Shown: positions 17,097 to 25,718, numbered from the stretch's first letter. The stretch: 59,603 nucleotides of DNA from Clostridia bacterium (GCA_045637095.1 JAZTYX010000045.1:1-59603); one strand, 5' to 3'. Notes: a model not told the origin generated them from the sequence alone. Numbers and translations: made by a program.

Positions 17097-18488
17097 ATGA
17101 TAATTGTACTAACAGGAATAGTAATACCTATAATTCTATTAGTAGCAATGCTAGTTGGCACTTTAATAATATCGCCAGCGGTAATAGCAGAAAATATAGG
17201 TCAAATCTATCAAGCGTTAATAGCAATAACAATAATTCCAGTTGTTGTAATACTTAGTAGAGCAACAAAAGGTTATGTATTTACGAAAAATGTTAAGCTA
17301 AGAAATGCAAGAGAAGAGTTTGAAAAGATTTATGATAAACTATTAGAAATAGATAATCAAGATTTACACAGATTAAAGAAAATAGCAAATATTTTTACGG
17401 TTGTAGACATTGCTTTGGCATCAATGATGGTACTAGGAATAGTATTTGTAAAAATACCTGGTTATGCTATATCTGAAACGGTAGATGGAATAGTTAAGTT
17501 TATAGCGATGTTGTCACCATTCTTATTAGCAGGGATGATATTCCTAGGCGTTAAACATAGAAGAATATATAAAAAGACATATAAAGAACAAGTTATAACC
17601 AAGTTTGTAAAACTTGTAGATGAGAATTTAAGATACAGCTTATACGGCAGAGTCGGTGATGATATGAAAAACAAATATCTAGTATCAGACTTTGAGAAGA
17701 AAGCGTTCAATAGATTTTCTTCAGAAGACTATGTTGATGGTAAAATAGATGGGAAAATATATGCTGAAATTGCAGAACTAGATGTAGATTATGCATTCAA
17801 AAAGAAAAAACGTAAGTTTAGAGAAGATTTGTTTAGAGGTATGTTTGCGGTAATTAGATCGGAAAAAGATTTAAGTGCATGGGTAAAGGTAACAAAGAAT
17901 AAATTCAAATTCTTTATGTCTAGAAATAAACTAGAGACGGATGATACACTTTTTGAAAAGATATTTGATGTATATACAGATAATAGATCGGTTGCGCATC
18001 AAATAATGCAAAAAGAAATGAGAGAAATCTTAATGAGATTCTATGTAGAATATGATTTAAGATTTGAAGTAATGTTTAAGGAAAATATAATATTCATGAG
18101 ATTCTTTACTCCGTCTATGTTTGAACCAAAATTATTTGGTAATTCAATAGATAAAAAGCTATTATTTACATATTTTAATATAATTAAATTTATAAGCGAA
18201 GTAACTAATCAAATAGAAAAAGAATCAAAAGATAAAGAGGAAGTAGAAACACCTAAAAAAGAGGAAAAGTTTGAGCCTGTAAAAGGTATACCACCGCCAG
18301 TTAAGAAAGCGCAAGTAGTAGAAGAAAAGAAGGAAGAAACACCTGGCGAGAAGACTGAAACAAACGAAGTTAAAGAAGGTGTAAAACTTGAAAATTTAGA
18401 ACCAATTCCGACAGCTACAATTAATTATGATGATTTTAATCCAGTAAAAGAAACAAAGAAAAGGAACTCTAAACAAACAACGATATAA
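17097..18488 (+). CDS. DUF3137-like membrane protein, paralogue 4, with K/E/P-rich C-terminal extension
   Basis: Shared blocks LFRGMFAVI, DDTLFEKIFDVYTDNRSVAHQIM, IIFMRFFTPSMFEPKLF. About 90 aa of low-complexity tail (KDKEEVETPKKEEKFEPVKGIPPPVKK...). Confidence 0.55.
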   Translation: MIIVLTGIVIPIILLVAMLVGTLIISPAVIAENIGQIYQALIAITIIPVVVILSRATKGYVFTKNVKLRNAREEFEKIYDKLLEIDNQDLHRLKKIANIFTVVDIALASMMVLGIVFVKIPGYAISETVDGIVKFIAMLSPFLLAGMIFLGVKHRRIYKKTYKEQVITKFVKLVDENLRYSLYGRVGDDMKNKYLVSDFEKKAFNRFSSEDYVDGKIDGKIYAEIAELDVDYAFKKKKRKFREDLFRGMFAVIRSEKDLSAWVKVTKNKFKFFMSRNKLETDDTLFEKIFDVYTDNRSVAHQIMQKEMREILMRFYVEYDLRFEVMFKENIIFMRFFTPSMFEPKLFGNSIDKKLLFTYFNIIKFISEVTNQIEKESKDKEEVETPKKEEKFEPVKGIPPPVKKAQVVEEKKEETPGEKTETNEVKEGVKLENLEPIPTATINYDDFNPVKETKKRNSKQTTI

Positions 18489-18504
18489 GATAAAAAGAAT
18501 ATGT

Positions 18505-18540
18505 AAAAAAATGAACACATAAAATGTGTTCATTTTTTGT
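18505..18540. terminator. Bidirectional hairpin atgaacacat/atgtgttcat
   Basis: 10-bp perfect stem with an A-run upstream and a T-run downstream, between convergent genes. Confidence 0.7.
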
Positions 18541-18547
18541 TTAGCTA

Positions 18548-19294
18548 TTATTTTTTGCCTTGTCCATGTCCACGCATTGCGTCTAAGCATTCTATTGGAA
18601 GAGCAAATATTACTGTGTTAGATTGATCACTACTTAAGTCGTTTAATGTAGATAAAGTTCTTAAGTGTAATGCGCCTGGAGTAGCTCCCATTATATTTGC
18701 AGCCATTGCAAGGTTAGTTGCAGCTTCAACTTCACCAGAAGCTTTAGTTATAACAGATTGTTTTTCTCTTTCTGCTTCGGCAACTTTAGCCATAACTCTC
18801 TTCATTTCTTCTGGAAGAGCAACGTCTTTTAATTCAACGTTTTCAACTTTTATTCCCCAAGGATCAGTTGCTGCGTCAACTATTTTACATATTTCTTGGC
18901 TAAGTTTTTCTCTTTCTGTTAATAATTCATCAAGAGATACAGAACCAACTATATTTCTCATTGTAGTTTGAGCAAGTTGTGCAACTGCATAGTTGTAGTT
19001 TTGAACAGCAAGTACTGCTTTAGAAGCGTCGAATACATTATAATAAAGAACAGCGTTTATTCTTATAGAAATGTTATCTTTAGTGATTGCTTCTTGTTCT
19101 GGCACGTCTACTGCTTTAGTTCTTACATCTATTTTGCTATAAGAATGTATAACAGGTAGAATTATACGCCAACCTGGACCTAAAACTCTAGAAAACTTAC
19201 CAAATGTAAATAATATACCTCTTTCATATTCGTTTATTTGTCTTATTGAGAATAAAATTATTATACCAATAAGAGCTATAAATCCTAAAAACAT
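18548..19294 (-). CDS. SPFH/band-7 (stomatin/prohibitin-like) membrane protein
   Basis: N-terminal TM, then typical SPFH sequence (YERGILFTFGKF..., DVPEQEAITKDN..., AEAEREKQ coiled segment). Confidence 0.85.
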   Translation of the reverse strand: MFLGFIALIGIIILFSIRQINEYERGILFTFGKFSRVLGPGWRIILPVIHSYSKIDVRTKAVDVPEQEAITKDNISIRINAVLYYNVFDASKAVLAVQNYNYAVAQLAQTTMRNIVGSVSLDELLTEREKLSQEICKIVDAATDPWGIKVENVELKDVALPEEMKRVMAKVAEAEREKQSVITKASGEVEAATNLAMAANIMGATPGALHLRTLSTLNDLSSDQSNTVIFALPIECLDAMRGHGQGKK

Positions 19295-19443
19295 ATTAAT
19301 ACCTCCTATATATACTCACATTATATTATATGTAAAAAATAAAGTAAATAGATTTATAAAAAATAGATTGTATATATAGTAGTCGTATGGTATAATTCAC
19401 AAAGCAAAATAGCAAAAAACTAAATTTAATAATGAGGTGGCAT

Positions 19444-19845
19444 ATGAACAAAAAACAATTTACACAGTATGTAGAAAATGAGATGGATGGTCTTACTGAT
19501 GAGCAAAAGATTGCTTTGCTTCGGAAAATGGAAGGCAATTGGATTCCGACATTGCTTAAAAAGTATCATAAGAAACTTGGATATTATGTAGAACCGAAAG
19601 AAAGAGATGCGTATGTTCTTTGCGAAAAGTGCAAGAAGTACTATTCGAAACAAAAAGTAAAGAGTGAGTATGTAAATGAAACTAGGACAGAAACGACATT
19701 TACAGACGCGGGTTATGGAGATGACGACATGATTGGTGATGTAAGGTATTTTGTAGAATACAAAACATGCCCAAGATGTGGTCATAAGCAAGAAATCAGT
19801 AAACTTTATATGGAAACAAAAAACGAAAGAAGAGCAAGAGGATAA
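19444..19845 (+). CDS. Hypothetical zinc-ribbon protein (CxxC...CxxC); the ORF could also start at 19432
   Basis: CEKCKK and CPRCGH pairs. Codon usage is richer in AAG/CTT than in the host genes. A terminator follows. Confidence 0.4.
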   Translation: MNKKQFTQYVENEMDGLTDEQKIALLRKMEGNWIPTLLKKYHKKLGYYVEPKERDAYVLCEKCKKYYSKQKVKSEYVNETRTETTFTDAGYGDDDMIGDVRYFVEYKTCPRCGHKQEISKLYMETKNERRARG

Positions 19846-19847
19846 AA

Positions 19848-19871
19848 AGGAGTGCAAAAGCACTCCTTTTT
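19848..19871 (+). terminator. Rho-independent terminator
   Basis: ggagtgc-aaaa-gcactcc followed by TTTTT. Confidence 0.7.
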
Positions 19872-19890
19872 ATAATGTAAACTTTATATA

Positions 19891-19922
19891 TAAAAAATAA
19901 CCGTACAGATTAATCTGTACGG
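19891..19922 (-). terminator. Terminator of the minus-strand tRNA operon
   Basis: ccgtacagat/atctgtacgg stem. On the minus strand it is followed by a T-run (plus-strand aaaaaat at 19892-19898). Confidence 0.65.
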
Positions 19923-19929
19923 TATATTT

Positions 19930-20005
19930 TGGAGCTGAAGGTCAGAATTGAACTGACGACCTGCTGATTACAAGTCAGCTGCTCTACCAGCTGAGCTACT
20001 CCAGC
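19930..20005 (-). tRNA. tRNA-Thr (anticodon UGU), CCA encoded
   Basis: The reverse complement folds as a cloverleaf: acceptor GCTGGAG/CTTCAGC, anticodon stem GCTGA/TCAGC, loop CTTGTAA, T-loop GGTCGTCAGTTCAATTCTGAC. Confidence 0.9.
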
Positions 20006-20011
20006 TTACAG

Positions 20012-20086
20012 TGGTGACCCGTAGGAGAGTCGAACTCCTCACTCCGCCGTGAAAGGGCGATGTCTTAACCGATTGACCAACGGGCC
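20012..20086 (-). tRNA. tRNA-Glu (anticodon UUC), CCA encoded
   Basis: Reverse complement GGCCCGTTGGTCAATCGGTTAAGAC...CTTTCAC...GGGTCACCA. Typical bacterial tRNA-Glu sequence and cloverleaf. Confidence 0.9.
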
Positions 20087-20089
20087 ATG

Positions 20090-20165
20090 TGGTGAGCTAT
20101 CCGCGATTCGAACGCGGGACAACTTGATTAAAAGTCAAGTGCTCTGCCAACTGAGCTAATAGCCC
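20090..20165 (-). tRNA. tRNA-Lys (anticodon UUU), CCA encoded
   Basis: Reverse complement GGGCTATTAGCTCAGTTGGCAGAGC, anticodon stem-loop CTTGA-CTTTTAA-TCAAG, T-arm CGCGTTCGAATCGCG. Confidence 0.9.
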
Positions 20166-20183
20166 ACTAAACACTGCTCTATT

Positions 20184-20212
20184 AGTTTACAATATTTTTA
20201 TTCAAATGTCAA
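20184..20212 (-). promoter_or_regulatory. Sigma-A-type promoter for the tRNA-Lys/Glu/Thr operon
   Basis: On the minus strand: TTGACA (20212-20207), 17-nt spacer, TAAACT (20189-20184), about 20 nt upstream of the tRNA-Lys 5' end. Confidence 0.5.
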
Positions 20213-20253
20213 CATTTTATGTTAAATTTATTAAAAAATTTAAATCTGGTTAT

Positions 20254-20302
20254 TTTACATATAATTACAGGGGGATGTCGAATAAATTCTAGTTTTGTCA
20301 AA
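20254..20302 (+). promoter_or_regulatory. Composite element TTTACATATA - perfect Spo0A box TGTCGAA (20276-20282) - 0A-like TGTCAAA (20296-20302)
   Basis: Exact match to the 0A-box consensus TGTCGAA. The second box lies 20 nt downstream. The same three blocks recur at 59311-59356. Confidence 0.45.
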
Positions 20303-20351
20303 AGTGTTGCGTTGCTAGTAAAAAGTCTATATATTTTAATCGGGTGATAGC

Positions 20352-22154
20352 TTGTTAAGTTGGTATTTAACTATATCTTTAATTGTATTTATTATAGTAG
20401 ATTATTTAGCAATATATGATTTTTTAGATTCTAAAATCTTGTATACATCTAGTGGAAGTAAAATAAATTATGAAAAGAAAAATATTAACAAAGATTTCTT
20501 TAAGGAATTAATTAGTTTTAATTATATAGATTTATTAATATTATTTTGTATTGTTTTAATTTTTTATCTTATTCTGTTTGGAATATCTACATATATCTTT
20601 AGTATAAATCCACTAAATTTGAATGTCGGGTGTAAAGTTATTAATTTAACTGCGTTGTTTTCAGAGAAACTTAAAATACTTAAGAATATGTATAATTTGA
20701 CTGCTTTCTTTTTTTCTTGTGTACTAATCTGGAAATTCAAAATAAGAATATTAACTGTCGTTAAGCGAAATATAAAAGAGATGTTAATCAATGAAAAAGA
20801 TGATGCTTGCAATAAAGATATCATATATGACATAGCATATGACGAAAATGATGAGTGCATAAGTATATTAGAAGATGCGTTATACCAAAATGTATTAATT
20901 ACTGGAAGCATCGGTAGTGGAAAAACAAGCGGGGCTGTTTCGAGATTAGTTTATCCTTTATTAAAGAGTGGAAAGGGTGGATTAATACTAGATGTAAAAG
21001 GTAACTTTGTGGATAGAGTAGAAGAAATGTGCAAAAGATGTGGTAGAATAAGTGATCTTAAGGTAATATCTAAAACGTCTAATGTATATTTTGAAATATT
21101 AAGTAATGATGTAAGTTCATTAGAATTAGCTAGTCGTATAAAACAAATATTAGAATTACTGTCTACGAATAATAATAGTGATTCATATTGGTTAGATAAG
21201 GTAGAGAATTTTCTCTTAAACATATTTGTTTTAATGAAGTATTTGGACAAGTTTAGTATGTTGGAATTGCATAGGCTTGTTACTGAAGAAAAATATTTGC
21301 AGACTTGTTTGGGTGTTATAAAAGAAAGGGTTGTTAAAACGCCACCAGATGACAAATTAGCCTTCGAAATATCGAATATGATTAATTTCATTACAAAGGA
21401 ATTTGAATTGTTAGATTCGAGAGTAAAGGGTATTATTAAATCTGAAATAACAAGATTTACTATACCGCTTGTTACAGAATATGATGTATATAATCAATTT
21501 TGTAAAAAAGGAGTAAAAGAACAAATCGTTTTTGATGAAAAAAGTATAGTTGTATTAAGTGTACCAATTGGAGAAAATAGGACACTTTCTAAAATTTTAG
21601 CTATAATATTAAAATTAGAATTCCAAAAATTTGTTTTATCTAATATTTCTAATCCAAAATCTGTATTTTTTATAGCTGATGAGTTCCAGGAATTTTGTAA
21701 TGCGGCGGATAGTAATTTTTTGTCTTTATCTAGAGAAGCTAAATGTATAAATATAATAAGCACACAGAGTTATTCTTCATTAAAATCTACATTAAAAAAT
21801 GAAGAGAATACAAGAGTAATAATACAGAATCTTGTAAATAAAATATGGTTTAGGAATGATGATGTATATACAGTTTCAGAGGCCATAAAACAGCTAGGAA
21901 AAATCAATATAGTTAGAGAAAATAAAAGTGTAAGCGAATCATCAACAGAAAGTAAAAAATATATGTTTAGGGATGGCTTTAGGAATGCTAAAAGTAGTAT
22001 ATCTAAAACATTAAATTATGTAGAAACAAAAGAAAATGAATATGATGAAAACTTCTTTACGAGAGAATTGAAAACTTTTGAAGCATTAGTACTGCTTATG
22101 GGTAAAGAGGGAATGAATGAACCGAAGAGAGTTATGTTTAAGAGGTGGAATTAA
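20352..22154 (+). CDS. Type IV coupling protein-like ATPase (VirD4/TraG/TraD family), TTG start
   Basis: N-terminal TM helices. Walker A ITGSIGSGKTSG followed by GGLILDVKGNF (T4CP-like hllviG.tGsGK...vvDpKGE). Walker B/TraG-D_C-like SVFFIADEFQEF...INIISTQSYSSL. Confidence 0.7.
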   Translation: MLSWYLTISLIVFIIVDYLAIYDFLDSKILYTSSGSKINYEKKNINKDFFKELISFNYIDLLILFCIVLIFYLILFGISTYIFSINPLNLNVGCKVINLTALFSEKLKILKNMYNLTAFFFSCVLIWKFKIRILTVVKRNIKEMLINEKDDACNKDIIYDIAYDENDECISILEDALYQNVLITGSIGSGKTSGAVSRLVYPLLKSGKGGLILDVKGNFVDRVEEMCKRCGRISDLKVISKTSNVYFEILSNDVSSLELASRIKQILELLSTNNNSDSYWLDKVENFLLNIFVLMKYLDKFSMLELHRLVTEEKYLQTCLGVIKERVVKTPPDDKLAFEISNMINFITKEFELLDSRVKGIIKSEITRFTIPLVTEYDVYNQFCKKGVKEQIVFDEKSIVVLSVPIGENRTLSKILAIILKLEFQKFVLSNISNPKSVFFIADEFQEFCNAADSNFLSLSREAKCINIISTQSYSSLKSTLKNEENTRVIIQNLVNKIWFRNDDVYTVSEAIKQLGKINIVRENKSVSESSTESKKYMFRDGFRNAKSSISKTLNYVETKENEYDENFFTRELKTFEALVLLMGKEGMNEPKRVMFKRWN

Positions 22155-22481
22155 ATGAAAAAACATATAAAAATATTAGTTGTAATTATGATGGTGATAG
22201 CCATGATAATCAATATTGCTAATGTATATGCAGCGGCGAGTACTCCTACATTAATAAATAAACTTAATACTGCATTGAAAAAGATATTAACGTATTTAGA
22301 AAAATTAGCGACTCCAGCAGCAGGTGTTGCGATAGCTACAGGAGTGATGATACGCAAACTTAGTTTTGGCGATGAGGAAAAATTGATCCTTGGAAAAAGG
22401 ACTATAATAAACGCTATAATAGGCTATTTAACAATACAGTTAATAGATTTAATAATTAAATTTATTGAGGAAATTGTATAA
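22155..22481 (+). CDS. VirB2/TrbC-like small membrane protein (putative pilin-like subunit)
   Basis: Signal peptide ending VYA/AAS, then two hydrophobic helices (ATPAAGVAIATGVMI, IINAIIGYLTIQLIDLII). The start abuts the stop of the T4CP gene. Confidence 0.4.
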   Translation: MKKHIKILVVIMMVIAMIINIANVYAAASTPTLINKLNTALKKILTYLEKLATPAAGVAIATGVMIRKLSFGDEEKLILGKRTIINAIIGYLTIQLIDLIIKFIEEIV

Positions 22482-23308
22482 TGGGAGAGAATGTACTAAA
22501 CAATCTTAACCTTCTTCTAGAAAAGTTTTTTGGCACGGTAGAGTCTGAAGTGTTTGTGATTTTAGATAGATTATATAAAATTACACCAGACATATTAAAA
22601 GAAGAGCCATTAAAGAGATTTCAAACAAAAGATATTAATTCAAATATACTTTTAATTCTAATAAGTGTTTCAATTTTGTTTATAGTTTTTTATTTAGTTA
22701 CATATATGATATCAATGTATAATGGTTCTAAACAGGAGAATGTATTTAAGTTTGTTTTTAAGTTATCTGTATTTTTAATTCTTAGTTCATCAAGTATGTA
22801 TATAGTAGAAACTGCATTAGATATAAATAACATGCTTACGGATGTTATTTTAAGTATGGGAAAAGAACTCTCAAAAAATGAAATATCTTTCGAAAGTCTT
22901 AAAGAGTGTATAACAGATGTAGAAAAACAGATGTCCAATGATGCAGTGTCTATAGATGGTATTATTAAAGGTGTAGTCTCTTTGGGTGCATCGTCAATAT
23001 TAATAACTCTTGCAATTAGGTACGTAACAATTTTTATTTTAATATTATTAAGTCCTATCGCAATTATGTTTGCGGCATCTAATAACACTTATTCATTATT
23101 CTTCACATGGGTTAAAACATTTTTAATAAATATTCTTACGCAAAATATAATAGCGGTTATATTAATAATTCCGATTTCCTTCAAAAATACAGATGAATTG
23201 ATGTATAAAATAGTGTTAGTTGGAAGCATATATTTGCTTTATAAAATAAATACATTTACGAGAGAATTAATAAATATATCTGGAGGCGTAAATGGACGAA
23301 AAAGTTAA
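22481..23308 (+). CDS. VirB6/TrbL-like polytopic membrane protein
   Basis: Five to six predicted TM helices. taATG overlap with the upstream gene. Call based on position and topology only. Confidence 0.4.
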   Translation: MGENVLNNLNLLLEKFFGTVESEVFVILDRLYKITPDILKEEPLKRFQTKDINSNILLILISVSILFIVFYLVTYMISMYNGSKQENVFKFVFKLSVFLILSSSSMYIVETALDINNMLTDVILSMGKELSKNEISFESLKECITDVEKQMSNDAVSIDGIIKGVVSLGASSILITLAIRYVTIFILILLSPIAIMFAASNNTYSLFFTWVKTFLINILTQNIIAVILIIPISFKNTDELMYKIVLVGSIYLLYKINTFTRELINISGGVNGRKS

Positions 23309-23603
23309 GGTGTATAGCGGACTAAAAAGGAAGAATAGATTCCTTGGTATTATAGATTATAAAACATTAGTAATACTTCTAGGATACATGTGGATTGTGT
23401 GGAAAATAAGCGAAAAAATATTTAGCGGTTTAGTATATAGAGGATATTTTTGTGTATTTTTAAACACACCTGTAATAGGCCTTGTTTATGCTAACAGAAA
23501 TGAAGAAGACATATCACATATAATATATGTAATAATTAAATTTATTGTCTCACCTAAGTTGTATGTATGCAAACTTAACCATAAAAAATATTGGCGAAAA
23601 TAA
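23292..23603 (+). CDS. Small two-TM protein (VirB3/PrgI/TcpE-like by size and topology)
   Basis: 103 aa, two TM helices, 17-nt overlap with the upstream gene, RBS ggagg. Confidence 0.3.
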   Translation: MDEKVKVYSGLKRKNRFLGIIDYKTLVILLGYMWIVWKISEKIFSGLVYRGYFCVFLNTPVIGLVYANRNEEDISHIIYVIIKFIVSPKLYVCKLNHKKYWRK

Positions 23604-23660
23604 TTGTTGTAAATTATAAAATATAATGGTATAATTGCACCATAAAGGAGAGTGAGTCAT

Positions 23661-24629
23661 ATGAAATTTGTAGAAAAGTTAAATAGAGAAGTAATGGATG
23701 TTGAATTACCGGGTATTTTTGTAAATAATTGTATGACATCACTAGACGAACTTAGTTTAAAGTTATACATATATATTAAATTTTTAGCAAAAAACAATAT
23801 GGAATTTGCTAGGGCAGATATAGCTAAAAAACTAGGTGTAAAAGTAGCAGAATTAGAGAAAGCATTTGATACTCTAGAAGCAGAAGAACTAGTAATAAAA
23901 ACAGTTGATGGTTTTGATATTCTAGATGTTAAGGAACAAGAATTAAATAAAATATATATACCTAAATTAGAGCCAAAAGTAACTAAGGTTAAAAGCGATG
24001 TTGAGAAGAAGAGAATTGCTGCAGCAAACGCTATTAATGAAAGCTTCTTCCAAGGTATTATGGCATTATGTTGGTTTGTGGATATAAATACGTTATTTGA
24101 AAAATATGGATTTGAAGAAGAAGTTATGATTGCGTTATTCCACGACTGCGCAGAAAGAAGAGCATTAAATAAGAATTACGTGTTTAAGGTTGCAGAATCA
24201 TGGTATAAGGGTGGAGTAAAGACTTTTGCAGATCTTGAAGATTATTTAAACGAACAAGATAAACTTCAACAAGTGAAGAGAAAAATTAAATCTAAATTAA
24301 GATTAAATAGAGCGTTTACAGAATACGAAGAAATATATATATCAGAATGGATAAATAAATACGGATATACATTTGATGAAATAGATTATGCAATAAAGAA
24401 AACAGTTTCTAAAGGTAATGCGTCTATAGGATATATAAACGGCATTTTAACTAACTGGTATGAAAATGGATATAAGACTTTAGCTGAAATTATAGAAGCA
24501 GAAGGAACTGTGACAAAACAAAAGATAGTAACGGAGACACAAAAAGCCTCTCAAAGTAAAACATTGAAACATAAGAATTACGAACAAGATAAAGCAATAG
24601 ATTGGAATCAATATTACGATAATATGTAG
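23661..24629 (+). CDS. DnaD/DnaB_2-domain replication initiation/helicase-loading accessory protein
   Basis: Start trimmed to the ATG with RBS aaggagag. Two DnaB_2-type repeats (FEEEVMIALFHDCAERRALNKNYVFKVAESWYKGGVKT; YTFDEIDYAIKKTVSKGNASIGYINGILTNWYENGYKT). Confidence 0.7.
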   Translation: MKFVEKLNREVMDVELPGIFVNNCMTSLDELSLKLYIYIKFLAKNNMEFARADIAKKLGVKVAELEKAFDTLEAEELVIKTVDGFDILDVKEQELNKIYIPKLEPKVTKVKSDVEKKRIAAANAINESFFQGIMALCWFVDINTLFEKYGFEEEVMIALFHDCAERRALNKNYVFKVAESWYKGGVKTFADLEDYLNEQDKLQQVKRKIKSKLRLNRAFTEYEEIYISEWINKYGYTFDEIDYAIKKTVSKGNASIGYINGILTNWYENGYKTLAEIIEAEGTVTKQKIVTETQKASQSKTLKHKNYEQDKAIDWNQYYDNM

Positions 24630-24637
24630 GAGGAATT

Positions 24638-25651
24638 ATGAATTCATACATATCTAAAGATTTACAAAGAGAATATGATTTAAAAAGACAGCGTGCTATC
24701 AGTGAAGCGGAAACAAGAAAAAATGAATTGTTAGATAGACTTCCTAAGTACGGGGAACTTTTAGTAAAAAAGAATATGATAGCGATAGATATGGCTAAAA
24801 CTATGCTAAAAGGAACAGATATAGATAAGCAAATCGCAGAAGACAACATGAAAATAAAGCTGTTAGAAATAGATAAGCAAATAGATGCGCTGTTTGTTAG
24901 TGCAGGTCTTCCTAAAGATTATTTATATCCAAAATTTGAATGCTCAAAGTGTGAAGATACAGGATTTATAAAGCTTGGAAATAAAGAAAGTAGATGTTCA
25001 TGCTTTACGCAAAAAGTAGTTAATATAACATATAAACAAAACAATATGTTAAGATTAGAAGATGAGAATTTTAATACTTTTGATATAGCATATTTCTCTA
25101 ATAAAGTGGACAAAGAAAAATATCAATCAGACAAATCTCCACTTCAAAATATAGAAGAAATTAAAAAAGTTGCAATGTCTTTTGTAGACAACATGACTAA
25201 TCCATGTCAAAAGAATTTGCTGTTTACAGGAAGAGCAGGGACTGGAAAAACATTTATGAGTAGTGCTATAGCTCATAGTGCGGTTAATAAAGGATACTCT
25301 GTACTATATCAAACAGCACCACTTTTAATGGATATGATTATAGAAGCTAAGTTCGGTGGATATAAGGATGAAACTAAAAAAGAACAATATAATAGAGTGT
25401 TTGATGTGGATTTATTAATAATAGATGATTTGGGAACAGAAAATTTAAGTAATAGTAAATTTACAGAGTTGTTTAATATAATTAACACACGCTTACTAAA
25501 GGATAAGAAAACAATAATATCTACAAATTTAACACTTCAAGATTTGGCAGTACAATATGATGATAGGGTAATGTCAAGACTTATAGGTAATTATACAATC
25601 TGTAGGTTTTTTGGTGAAGATATTAGACTTAAAAAGAAAAGAATGTGCTAA
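24638..25651 (+). CDS. DnaI/DnaC-like helicase loader (IstB-like AAA+ ATPase)
   Basis: N-terminal Cys cluster CSKCEDTGF...CSC. Walker A GRAGTGKTFM. Walker B LLIIDDLGTE. Confidence 0.75.
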   Translation: MNSYISKDLQREYDLKRQRAISEAETRKNELLDRLPKYGELLVKKNMIAIDMAKTMLKGTDIDKQIAEDNMKIKLLEIDKQIDALFVSAGLPKDYLYPKFECSKCEDTGFIKLGNKESRCSCFTQKVVNITYKQNNMLRLEDENFNTFDIAYFSNKVDKEKYQSDKSPLQNIEEIKKVAMSFVDNMTNPCQKNLLFTGRAGTGKTFMSSAIAHSAVNKGYSVLYQTAPLLMDMIIEAKFGGYKDETKKEQYNRVFDVDLLIIDDLGTENLSNSKFTELFNIINTRLLKDKKTIISTNLTLQDLAVQYDDRVMSRLIGNYTICRFFGEDIRLKKKRMC

Positions 25652-25689
25652 TATAAATAATAAATATAATAAACAATAAATAATAAAAA

Positions 25690-25718
25690 ATAACAACCAC
25701 AAGGTTGTTATTTTTTAT
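25690..25718 (+). terminator. Rho-independent terminator
   Basis: ataacaacc-acaa-ggttgttat followed by a T-run. Confidence 0.7.

Noticed and set aside
18230-18488. Possible tandem repeat or CRISPR-like periodicity in the K/E-rich region
   Set aside because: This is low-complexity coding sequence (the Lys/Glu/Pro tail of DUF3137 paralogue 4) without exact repeats or spacers. No CRISPR array is visible anywhere in the window.
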